From Synechocystis sp. PCC 6803 substr. PCC-P (GTDB taxonomy: Bacteria; Cyanobacteriota; Cyanobacteriia; Cyanobacteriales; Microcystaceae), in contig NC_017039.1 of NCBI RefSeq assembly GCF_000284455.1, positions 750,001 through 782,000 on the forward strand: a DNA stretch of 32,000 nucleotides, in the 5' to 3' direction. The notes below the pieces were generated by a model, which saw nothing but the letters and a program-made list of their open reading frames with translations, ran no database searches and was not told where the DNA came from. Both the position numbers and the translations under genes were made by a program. This document shows, piece by piece, positions 1 to 7,821 of this stretch (positions within the stretch are counted from its first letter, which is position 1; each line of letters begins with the position of its first letter).

Positions 1-1138
1 TCTCAATGCTGCTTTTTTATCTACGGATTTAATCAGTTTATACGTCTGTTTAGAGGTGGTGGGTTTATCTTCCTTTTTATTAATTATTTACCCCCGCCAG
101 GCCGCCAGCAGTTGGATTGGGTTGCGTTATTTGTTTGTTACCAACACGGCCTTGTTGTTTTATTTAATCGGGGTGATGTTGGTTTATCAGGCCACTAACT
201 CCCTGGATTTCCAAGGTTTAGCCACTGCCCCCTACGAGGCGATCGCCCTTATTTTTTTAGGACTGTTAATTAAGGGGGAAATTTTTCTTTCTGGGTTATG
301 GTCACCCCAAACCAGTAGCATTGCCAGTGCTCCTGTGGCGGCCCTGTTGTCGGGCATTGTGGTTAAAGCGGGAATTTTACCCCTGTTGCGCTTTGCTTCC
401 CTGTCGGAAAGATTGGCCATGATGGTGTGGGGTCTGGCCATTGCCACCGCTCTGTTGGGCATGGGCTTGGGCATGTTTGCCAGGGATAGTCGGCGCATTT
501 TGGCCTACAGCACCATTTCCCAAATGGGTTTTATTTTGGTAGCCCCGGCGGTGGGGGGATTGTATGCGTTGACCCATGGCTTAGCTAAGGCTTGCCTATT
601 TTTGTTGGTGGGCAGTCTGCCGGAACGAGATTTGGATAAACTCCAGGCCCAACCTATTTCCTACAAATTATGGTTGCCCATGGTATTGGCCAGTTCCTCT
701 ATCATTGGCTTACCCATCCTGGCGGGCTTTGAAGCTAAAACCCTGACCCTGGAGACCCTCAGCCTCAATGAACTGCCCTGGACGGGAATTTTAATGAACT
801 TGGCGGGGGTGGGCACAGCAATTATTTTGGCCAAATTTATTTTCCTCATCCCTAGCTTTGACAAGAATGTTGACCTGGACAAATCCCCCTGGGGCCTGTT
901 TTTAGCGGTGCTTCTTCTGCTGGGGGCTTTAACCTTGGGCAATGTCATTTATCCCGAAGCTTTTTCCATGGAGAACGGCATCAAAGCCACCGCTAGTTTT
1001 CTGCTGGGTTCAGCCATTTACTGGTGGGGTTTGCGGAAAATTCCTTGGCAACCACCTGATTGGGGGGAACGCTTGGATCATCTGATCGGCACCATGGCCA
1101 TAATGTTGATGTTACTTTTCAGCTCGGTATTAATATGA
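1..1138 (+). CDS. Na+/H+ antiporter subunit D-like / NdhD family protein (MrpD/MnhD), 5' truncated by the window edge
   Basis: The frame stays open upstream of the listed ORF start. Bases 2-55 translate to LNAAFLSTDLISLYVCLEV, which runs into VGLSSFLLII, a typical MrpD/NdhD segment. Downstream it is a multi-TM protein with SRRILAYSTISQMGFI and LTHGLAKACLFLLVG motifs. Confidence 0.9.
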   Translation, partial: LNAAFLSTDLISLYVCLEVVGLSSFLLIIYPRQAASSWIGLRYLFVTNTALLFYLIGVMLVYQATNSLDFQGLATAPYEAIALIFLGLLIKGEIFLSGLWSPQTSSIASAPVAALLSGIVVKAGILPLLRFASLSERLAMMVWGLAIATALLGMGLGMFARDSRRILAYSTISQMGFILVAPAVGGLYALTHGLAKACLFLLVGSLPERDLDKLQAQPISYKLWLPMVLASSSIIGLPILAGFEAKTLTLETLSLNELPWTGILMNLAGVGTAIILAKFIFLIPSFDKNVDLDKSPWGLFLAVLLLLGALTLGNVIYPEAFSMENGIKATASFLLGSAIYWWGLRKIPWQPPDWGERLDHLIGTMAIMLMLLFSSVLI

Positions 1139-1527
1139 CTGGACTCCTTGATATTGGTTTACGGCTGGGCATTTGGTTTTTGTTAACGGGCAATCTCCGT
1201 CCGGGCAATATTCTCATCGGCCTGATCGTGGCCCTGTTAATTCCCCGTCGACCCATACCTCCCTATGTTTTGCGGGATGGGCTGAGGGTATTTAAGGAAA
1301 TTCTGCTGGCCATTCCCCAGGCTTACATCGAAGCTTGGCAAATGATTCTCCAGCCCCACACCAGAACGTGGGTTGAACGGCAGGAATTTTCCCCCCAACG
1401 AACTAGGGGGCTAATTTTTCTGGATATTTTCCTAATTACCTTTACCCCCAAAACCCTGGTGCTGAAATACCACGAAGAGGGATGGTACGAAATTCATTAT
1501 CTTGGCCCCAAGAAGGAAGAAAAATGA
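1135..1527 (+). CDS. Na+/H+ antiporter subunit E (MrpE/MnhE-like)
   Basis: ATG at 1135 overlaps the upstream stop (ATGA). Protein MTGLLDIGLRLGIWFLLTGNLRPGNILIGLIVALLIPRR..., with MrpE size and topology. Confidence 0.85.
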   Translation: MTGLLDIGLRLGIWFLLTGNLRPGNILIGLIVALLIPRRPIPPYVLRDGLRVFKEILLAIPQAYIEAWQMILQPHTRTWVERQEFSPQRTRGLIFLDIFLITFTPKTLVLKYHEEGWYEIHYLGPKKEEK

Positions 1528-1775
1528 CTGTTCTACTCTGGACTATGTTACTGGCGGTGTTTATTCCGCTCTTGGCCACCCTGCAACGGGGCAATATTTG
1601 GGTGAAAATGCTCTCCTTTGCCAGTGTTGCCACTAAAACATCAATCATCATTTTGGTGGTGTCGGTGTTGCGGGACGATTGGATGATTGGCATGGTGGGG
1701 GTTTTAATTCTCAGTGCCGGTAATGCGGCTTTGATGCTTTTGGCCCAATTAATTCGCCGGATGGAGGCCCTATGA
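1524..1775 (+). CDS. Na+/H+ antiporter subunit F (MrpF/MnhF-like), 83 aa
   Basis: ATG at 1524 overlaps the mrpE stop (ATGA). Small three-TM protein; the listed ORF start at 1482 is probably too far upstream. Confidence 0.8.
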   Translation: MTVLLWTMLLAVFIPLLATLQRGNIWVKMLSFASVATKTSIIILVVSVLRDDWMIGMVGVLILSAGNAALMLLAQLIRRMEAL

Positions 1776-2068
1776 TCACCACCATCATTAACTGGCTGAC
1801 TAACGGTTTTCTGGCCATGGGCATTCTTTTTTGGCTCTTTGGTACTTTTCCCCTACTTCAAAGTCGGCGATCGGTCATTACTAAACTCCATCTGCTAACG
1901 GTGTCGGACACCCTCGGCTCCATGGCGATCGTGGTGGGGCTATTTCTGAAACTGCCCCGGGAATGGCCCCTCCTGCTCTTAGCTATCATTTGTCTTTGTC
2001 TATGGAATACCATTCTGGGTTACGTGTTGGCCTACTGTGCCACCGGGGAGAAGCGCACTAATGTTTAA
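1772..2068 (+). CDS. Na+/H+ antiporter subunit G (MrpG/MnhG-like), 98 aa
   Basis: Overlapping ATGA start. Contains LLQSRRSVITKLHLLTVSDTLGSMAIVVGLFLK, typical of MnhG. Confidence 0.85.
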   Translation: MITTIINWLTNGFLAMGILFWLFGTFPLLQSRRSVITKLHLLTVSDTLGSMAIVVGLFLKLPREWPLLLLAIICLCLWNTILGYVLAYCATGEKRTNV

Positions 2069-2636
2069 TTTGGCAGACCAAACGGAAATTTTAGCTTTTA
2101 CCCCCCTATTGCCTTTTTGCGCTTTGTTGGTGGTAATTCAAGGCAATCCCTACCAGGCCTTGGTAATGCGGGGGATTTTGGGGGCGGTGGCGGCCCTGAT
2201 TTATACACTGTTGGGAGCAGCGGATGTGGCCTTGACAGAGGCGTTGGTGGGAACCATGTTATCCGTTACCCTGTTTGCAGTGGCGGTGCGGTCTTCCCTG
2301 GTGCTGCGTTTAGGGGTCATTGCTCCCCCCGATGGTGATGACGGCAAAAAATTGATTGCCCCAGAAGATGAACAGGCTATTACCCAGGCGATCGCCCCTT
2401 ACCATTTGCGGTTAGAAATTATTGCCTATGAAGATTTAGCCAGTTTGACGGAAGCTTGGCAAACCCGGGCTATCCATTGTTGGTATGAAGCCGATGTGGC
2501 CATTTTAAATACCCCCGTGGTGCGGTTGCAGGAAATTCTCGCTCCGGCCCTAGTGTCCCAGGCGATCGCCGTTAAATTTGTGCCTGCTAGTACCAGTCCT
2601 GTTCCCCCTCTATACTCCCCGGAGGTTGCCCAATGA
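2061..2636 (+). CDS. DUF4040-type Mrp-associated membrane protein with a soluble C-terminal tail
   Basis: GAVAALIYTLLGAADVALTEALVGTMLSVTLFAVAVR is characteristic of the MrpA C-terminal/MbhD-like DUF4040 segment. ATG at 2061 overlaps the upstream stop. Confidence 0.8.
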   Translation: MFNLADQTEILAFTPLLPFCALLVVIQGNPYQALVMRGILGAVAALIYTLLGAADVALTEALVGTMLSVTLFAVAVRSSLVLRLGVIAPPDGDDGKKLIAPEDEQAITQAIAPYHLRLEIIAYEDLASLTEAWQTRAIHCWYEADVAILNTPVVRLQEILAPALVSQAIAVKFVPASTSPVPPLYSPEVAQ

Positions 2637-3280
2637 AAATTGTTTACCTAATTGCGGCCCTATTGTTCTACGCCAAAATGTTGTTCATCACGGGCAATGC
2701 TGTAGAACCATTAGAAGAAGTGGCGGTGGTGGAGAATTTGCTAGAGCAAACGGGAGCGCCCAATGTGGTGTCGGGGATTATTTTCCGCAATCGTTTGTAC
2801 GACACCATGCTGGAGGTGGTGGTGTTTACCATTGCCATTATGGGGGTGCGCTTTTTGATGGCGGAGGAAAAGCCGGCCGCTATGGTCTATCAAGTGAGCG
2901 ATGCTCCGTCGGTGGTGCTGGCCCGATTGGGGGCCATGATTGCCCTGCTGATTGGCATAGAATTGGCCATCCGGGGTCACCTTAGTCCGGGGGGAGGCTT
3001 TGCGGCCGGGGTAGCGGGGGGAACCGCCATTGGTCTAGTGGCCATTATTTCTTCGCCGGAATGGTTGCATCAACTGTACGAAAAATGGCAAGCCGCCAAG
3101 GTAGAAAAGTTATCGGTGTTGATTTTCCTCGTTCTGGCCGCCCTGAGTTTGCTGGGCATTAATTTTCCCTTGGATAATGCGGGCTGGATTCCTCTGTTGA
3201 ACATGGTGGTGGCCCTAAAAGTGGCGATCGGTTCCTGGGGAGCGATTTTGGTCTTTATCCGCTATCGGGGGTTATTGTGA
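2633..3280 (+). CDS. MnhB-domain antiporter subunit (MrpB-like), 215 aa
   Basis: RGHLSPGGGFAAGVAGGTAIGLVAI motif and multi-TM pattern. ATGA overlap with the upstream gene. Confidence 0.85.
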   Translation: MKIVYLIAALLFYAKMLFITGNAVEPLEEVAVVENLLEQTGAPNVVSGIIFRNRLYDTMLEVVVFTIAIMGVRFLMAEEKPAAMVYQVSDAPSVVLARLGAMIALLIGIELAIRGHLSPGGGFAAGVAGGTAIGLVAIISSPEWLHQLYEKWQAAKVEKLSVLIFLVLAALSLLGINFPLDNAGWIPLLNMVVALKVAIGSWGAILVFIRYRGLL

Positions 3281-3332
3281 GTTGAGATGCGTTGGTCTGG
3301 GGTTAGCTAACCGCAAATTTCCCCACTGGAAA

Positions 3333-3480
3333 GTGTTTGAAAAGTGCAAGGCTAGGTATTTCTCTAAATCTCCTCACTAAGGCTCCGGTTTAAAAAGGGA
3401 GACTTTGGTAACATTTCCTCCCTTCCCAAGGGGGGCTAGGGGGGATTAAACGGCCAAAACTCGACTTTTGAAACACGCTC
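3333..3480. repeat. MITE-like element with imperfect terminal inverted repeats; one end is a dispersed repeat found again at 19061-19140
   Basis: GTGTTTGAAAAGT (3333-3345) is an inverted match to ACTTTTGAAACAC (3464-3476) with 1 mismatch in 13. The reverse complement of 3401-3480 aligns without gaps to 19061-19140 at about 68 of 80 positions by hand. Confidence 0.7.
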
Positions 3481-3527
3481 TAACAATGGTGTTGTAATCA
3501 AATTTTTTCCCCGTTTTCGGTAAGGCC

Positions 3528-4835
3528 ATGGTTCCCACTCTCCGCTTTTATATTTGTCTAATGCTCATTGGCGGTGGAGCTATGGTGGTAGCTCAAGTTG
3601 ATACGGTTCCTAGGGCAGTGGGGGCCTTGGTTTTAGCAGATTTACTACTGTTGCTGCTGACTGCCATTGACTATGTTCGAGGCAAAAAGCAAAAAATAAC
3701 AGTGCAACGGCAACCTCTGGGACCCCTTTCCATTGGTCGGGAAAACCCTGTCACCATCACACTGGAAAATTCTGGCCCCACGGCGATCGCTAAAATCAAG
3801 GATGATTATCCCGCCCCATTTCTGGCCATGGACGAGTTAAAGACAGCCCAAATTTTACCCCAGGGAAGCACCCAGTTAAGTTACCAAGTGCAACCCCGTC
3901 AGCGGGGGGAATACGTTTGGGGCAAGGTGAATGTGCGGCAACTATGTCCCTGGCAACTGACTTGGCAACAATGGACGGTAGGGGAGGGAGAAACGGTGAC
4001 GGTCCACCCAGATTTAATCGGCCTAAAATCCTTGACCATCCGCCTGGCCCAAGCTACCACGGGCAACCTAAGACAAATGCGGAAGCTCGGTTTAGGTACG
4101 GAATTTCGGGAACTACGGGATTATCAGGCGGGGGACGATTTACGGTACTTAGATTGGAAAGCTAGTGCTCGCCGGGGCATTCCCCTCATGCGGGTGTTGG
4201 AACCAGAACGGGAACAGACGGTGATTATTTTGCTGGATCGAGGCCGGCTGATGACCGCTTGGGTGCAAGGATTACAGCGATTTGATTGGGGGTTGAATAC
4301 CAGTTTAGCCTTGGCGGTGGCGGCCCTCCATCGTGGCGATCGCCTAGGGATAGGGGTCTTTGACCGGGAAGTGGTCAGTTGGTTACCCCCGGAGCGGGGT
4401 TTGCAGTATTTACCCAAATTATTAAAAACCCTGAGTCCCCTCCAACCCGTGTTGCGGGAACCGGATTATAGCGCGGCGATCGGTAAACTGGTGCAACAAC
4501 AAACCCGACGGGCCCTAGTGGTATGCATCACCGATTTAATCGATCCCACTGCTTCGCAGGAATTGCTCACTGCCCTCACCCAGCTAGCGCCCCGTTATCT
4601 ACCCTTTTGTGTCACTTTGCGGGATCCCCAGGTGGATCAATTAGCCCATGCTCCGGCCACTACTGTTAGTGGTGCCTATCAACAAGCAGTGGCCATTAAC
4701 CTTTTGCAACAGCGGCAATTGGCCCTGGTAAAGCTGAAGCAAAAAGGAGTTTTAGTGTTGGATGCTCCGGCGGACAAAGTCAGTGAACAATTGGTGGATC
4801 GTTACCTACAACTCAAAGCCCGCACTCTGCTCTAG
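3528..4835 (+). CDS. DUF58 domain-containing protein (likely ortholog of Synechocystis Slr2013)
   Basis: Two N-terminal TM helices followed by LRDYQAGDDLRYLDWKASARRGIPLMRVLEPEREQTVIILLDRGRLM, the DUF58 signature. Confidence 0.88.
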   Translation: MVPTLRFYICLMLIGGGAMVVAQVDTVPRAVGALVLADLLLLLLTAIDYVRGKKQKITVQRQPLGPLSIGRENPVTITLENSGPTAIAKIKDDYPAPFLAMDELKTAQILPQGSTQLSYQVQPRQRGEYVWGKVNVRQLCPWQLTWQQWTVGEGETVTVHPDLIGLKSLTIRLAQATTGNLRQMRKLGLGTEFRELRDYQAGDDLRYLDWKASARRGIPLMRVLEPEREQTVIILLDRGRLMTAWVQGLQRFDWGLNTSLALAVAALHRGDRLGIGVFDREVVSWLPPERGLQYLPKLLKTLSPLQPVLREPDYSAAIGKLVQQQTRRALVVCITDLIDPTASQELLTALTQLAPRYLPFCVTLRDPQVDQLAHAPATTVSGAYQQAVAINLLQQRQLALVKLKQKGVLVLDAPADKVSEQLVDRYLQLKARTLL

Positions 4836-4977
4836 ACCTTCAAAGTATGTTTACCAGATTCGGAATCAAGGAAGGTTAGGGGAGATTAACCAGTCGTACA
4901 AGGGCAACTGCTGAGGTTTGGCCTCGGCAACTTGACCGCTCCAGCGGACTTTTCGACCCATGGGGAATTAACCAAAA

Positions 4978-5703
4978 TCAGATCGAAGTGGGATTGCCAC
5001 TAACTAGTTGCTGCAGCAAGTCCAAGTTGAGAATTTCAATGGTGGCCCCCTGGCGCAAAATCAGGCCTTTTTTTTCCAATTTACCCAATGTTCGGGTGAC
5101 AGTTTCCCTCGTAACTCCACTGAGCATAGCTGTTTCCCGATGGGGCAAATTCGGTATTAATACCCTATGCTTTTTGGTGCTTATTGTTTTTTTCCCATGT
5201 CCCACTAGTTCCAGCAAAATATGGGCTACTTTTGTCACGCTATCTGATTCCCTGAGGCGGAAATATTGGTTGAGTCTTCTAAGACGTTTAGATGCAAAAA
5301 TCGCTACCTGAATACCGGCTTGGGGATCTTCCCTGAGCAAGTTTAGAAAATCTTGGGTGGGAATACTCCAGATCTTGGCTGGAGTCAGAGTGACCGCCTC
5401 CTTAGGATTCCAGTCTTCTTCCACTGCGGCGATCGCCCCTACAATCTCATCCGGGCCATAAATAGTATAGATACTATTTTTTGAAGATTCACCAATAGCA
5501 CATACTTTGATCCAACCTTCAGCGATAAAGTAAATCGACCCGCCGTAATAGTTATCAAATAAAATTGATTGACTGCAGGGATAATTACGAAAACTCAAAT
5601 AATTTATGTTTGCGATCAACAAATCTTTCGATATAGACCGAAAAAAAGAAATCTCACTGGCCAACTGTTTAAGTTGTTTTGTTGACGGCTTTTGTGGTGC
5701 CAT
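4978..5703 (-). CDS. Crp/Fnr-family transcriptional regulator (likely SYCRP2-type)
   Basis: N-terminal cyclic-nucleotide-binding-like domain and C-terminal HTH (HRETAMLSGVTRETVTRTLGKLEKKGLILRQG). ATG on the minus strand at 5701-5703 (MAPQKPSTKQ); the listed 5721 start is a TTG. Confidence 0.85.
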   Translation of the reverse strand: MAPQKPSTKQLKQLASEISFFRSISKDLLIANINYLSFRNYPCSQSILFDNYYGGSIYFIAEGWIKVCAIGESSKNSIYTIYGPDEIVGAIAAVEEDWNPKEAVTLTPAKIWSIPTQDFLNLLREDPQAGIQVAIFASKRLRRLNQYFRLRESDSVTKVAHILLELVGHGKKTISTKKHRVLIPNLPHRETAMLSGVTRETVTRTLGKLEKKGLILRQGATIEILNLDLLQQLVSGNPTSI

Positions 5704-5861
5704 GACAATATATCCAAACAATAACTAAATTCTCCCCTAGACCCTCTCAAACCCCAGTTTCAGGGAAAATTATAGAAACAAGTAAACTGTTTTGGTGTTT
5801 ATTGTCACAGGTTTTGGTGAGCTGGCTAACAATCATTTGTTGTAAATTAACTTATCATCTA

Positions 5862-5880
5862 GGTGATGTTAGTTGTCACC
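5862..5880. promoter_or_regulatory. Possible operator: inverted repeat GGTGA-N9-TCACC between the divergent crp-like gene and the pilin cluster
   Basis: Read directly as GGTGATGTTAGTTGTCACC, with perfect 5-bp arms. The spacing differs from canonical Crp sites (TGTGA-N6-TCACA). Confidence 0.3.
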
Positions 5881-6153
5881 CATCCTATGACAATATGTGT
5901 TTAATTTGACTAGCAATAGTCCAGAGATGTTCTCTAAAACTTCGTTTTTAGGCCCATACTTCACCTTCCTACAATCCCCCTCCCCCCCATCTATTCCCTG
6001 TGACTTGAACCCCTTTGTTTGCCTTTAAGAGAAATTTAAAATCCCTTTATTTGAGCTTTAAGCACTTAGCTATTAACCTGAAATTTGACCCAGAAAAACC
6101 AATAAAAGACTTCCCCACGGTCTTTGCTGACTTCCCAAAAACCCCAATCGACC

Positions 6154-7296
6154 ATGTACAAGTCTCCATTTTTCAAGCTCCGCTCAATTCTGCTTTTGGC
6201 TAGGAACGACCAAAGGACTGCCCCTGTTTCTGGATACACCCTCATGGAGTTGGTAGTAGTCGTGGTGGTGATTGGCATTCTGTCTGGGATTGTGGTCAAC
6301 GCTAAGCCATGGTACGAAAATCCGCTCAAGAATAGCCAAGACCGCCTGCAGAGCGTCATCAAGACCGCTAGAACTAGGGCAGTAAATAGTACGTCCACCT
6401 ATCGCATCACTGCTAATCCCAACAATCCTAGTCAAGCAATCCAGGTGCAAAGGATCCGAAGCGGTAGTTGCCAGGCCAATGCCACTCTGCGGGAAGCCTC
6501 CCTAGCGACCGATACCACCATTGCCTTGAATGATGTGAGTGGATTTGCCATTGGCGATCGCCTCAAGGTGGGGGGGACAGAAGCGGATGCGCTCTCGGTT
6601 AATTTTGGCAATAGCACCATAACCCTTGGGGCTCCGGTGGGGGAGAAAGCAGTGGGGACAAAGGTGGAAACTGTGAAAAATTGGAAGAATGACAGTGCCT
6701 TTCTGGACGAAGATCTCAATGTCAACAAGAAAGTCTCCCAAAACAACGCAGATATCCGCATGGTGGGGAAATTTGACAATGCGGCGGAGGAAAATTGGTC
6801 TATTTGCATTAACAGCCGTGGTCTAGTCAGCCTGTTTGATGCCGACGGTATGATGACCAGCAATCTTGATTTGGTTTTAACCAATCCCCGCACCAATGAA
6901 GAAGCCAAGGTGGTAATTTTCCCCGGTGGGGCGATGAATGCGACGGCGATCGCCATGGGCTCCGGCTCCGGTGGCGGCGGTGCAGGTTCTGAAAGTCCCA
7001 CCAGTAGTGAAAGTCCCACAGGGGGAGGCGGTACTGGTGGTGAAGGCTCTGAAATTAGCGGCGGCGAAACTGAAACTAGCGGAGGTGAAACTGGCACTAG
7101 TGAAAAATGCAATAACGGCGTAGGTAATGGCCCCGAAGGTTGTTCTCCCAACGACAAGGATAACGATGAATGTCCTACCGGAGCTCCAGGTGCTCCTTGC
7201 CGAGCCGAGAAAGAAGCAAAAGAGAAAGCCGAGAAAGAAGCAAAAGAAAAAGAAGAGAAGGAGAAAGACAGCAAAGAAAATGAGGGTAAAAAATAG
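6154..7296 (+). CDS. Type IV pilin/pseudopilin-like protein with Gly/Ser/Thr-rich and Lys/Glu-rich C-terminal tail
   Basis: Prepilin signal SG^YTLMELVVVVVVIGILSG (Gly -1, Glu +5). The start may be 6124 (MLTSQ...) or 6154 (MYKSPFF...). Confidence 0.85.
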   Translation: MYKSPFFKLRSILLLARNDQRTAPVSGYTLMELVVVVVVIGILSGIVVNAKPWYENPLKNSQDRLQSVIKTARTRAVNSTSTYRITANPNNPSQAIQVQRIRSGSCQANATLREASLATDTTIALNDVSGFAIGDRLKVGGTEADALSVNFGNSTITLGAPVGEKAVGTKVETVKNWKNDSAFLDEDLNVNKKVSQNNADIRMVGKFDNAAEENWSICINSRGLVSLFDADGMMTSNLDLVLTNPRTNEEAKVVIFPGGAMNATAIAMGSGSGGGGAGSESPTSSESPTGGGGTGGEGSEISGGETETSGGETGTSEKCNNGVGNGPEGCSPNDKDNDECPTGAPGAPCRAEKEAKEKAEKEAKEKEEKEKDSKENEGKK

Positions 7297-7344
7297 TTTC
7301 CTACATTCTCAACCAAACATTTTTTAGTTACAGGATCTCAGTTC

Positions 7345-7821
7345 ATGTCAGCAAAACAACTATGGAAAATTTTCAATCCTAGACCGATGAAGGGTGGATT
7401 TACCCTGACGGAAAATCTGGTTTCTCTTATTGTCCTGAGCATTACCTTAACGGCAATGTTGCCTGCTTTTATGAACTTTGGCCTACAGAACGCAAAAAAC
7501 CGCCAACTCACCGGTGCCACATCCGTAGCGAATAGCGTGATGAATGACCTCCGTAGTCAAAGCATGACTGAGTTGGACGCCCAGTTAGGCAAAACAGTAT
7601 TAACCAATCTGCCTGAACAAAACGGGAATAAATACCAAGCTGACCAATATATTTGCACGAGAAGCAGTATTTTGAATCCTGATAATCCCAACGGGACTTG
7701 TTCCACAACGGTGGGAGAAAACGATTTTGCCCGCCAAATTTTAATTGAAGTTAAAGCCCCCCATAATCCCAATGAAACCATCTATCGTGTACAAACTGTT
7801 TTTTCTCGTCTCCGCTCCTAA
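7345..7821 (+). CDS. Pseudopilin / PilV-like minor pilin, 158 aa
   Basis: Prepilin signal KGG^FTLTENLVSLIVLSITLTAML with Glu +5, then a short globular domain with two Cys. Confidence 0.85.
   Translation: MSAKQLWKIFNPRPMKGGFTLTENLVSLIVLSITLTAMLPAFMNFGLQNAKNRQLTGATSVANSVMNDLRSQSMTELDAQLGKTVLTNLPEQNGNKYQADQYICTRSSILNPDNPNGTCSTTVGENDFARQILIEVKAPHNPNETIYRVQTVFSRLRS

Noticed and set aside
2578-2985. 135-aa ORF overlapping the MnhB-like gene in another frame
   Set aside because: Cys/His/Gly-rich out-of-frame translation of the membrane subunit, with no independent support.
4923-4945. CCGCTCCAGCGG hairpin between the convergent DUF58 and crp-like genes as a terminator
   Set aside because: Stem of 5 bp with a 2-nt loop and no U tract. 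Too weak to call.
6015-6203. 62-aa ORF between the crp-like and pilin genes
   Set aside because: Overlaps the pilin start and has no recognisable features. Probably spurious.
6432-7316. 294-aa ORF on the minus strand opposite the pilin gene
   Set aside because: Antisense to a gene with a clear prepilin signal. The Ser/Phe-rich and Pro-rich protein mirrors the Lys/Glu and Gly repeats on the coding strand.
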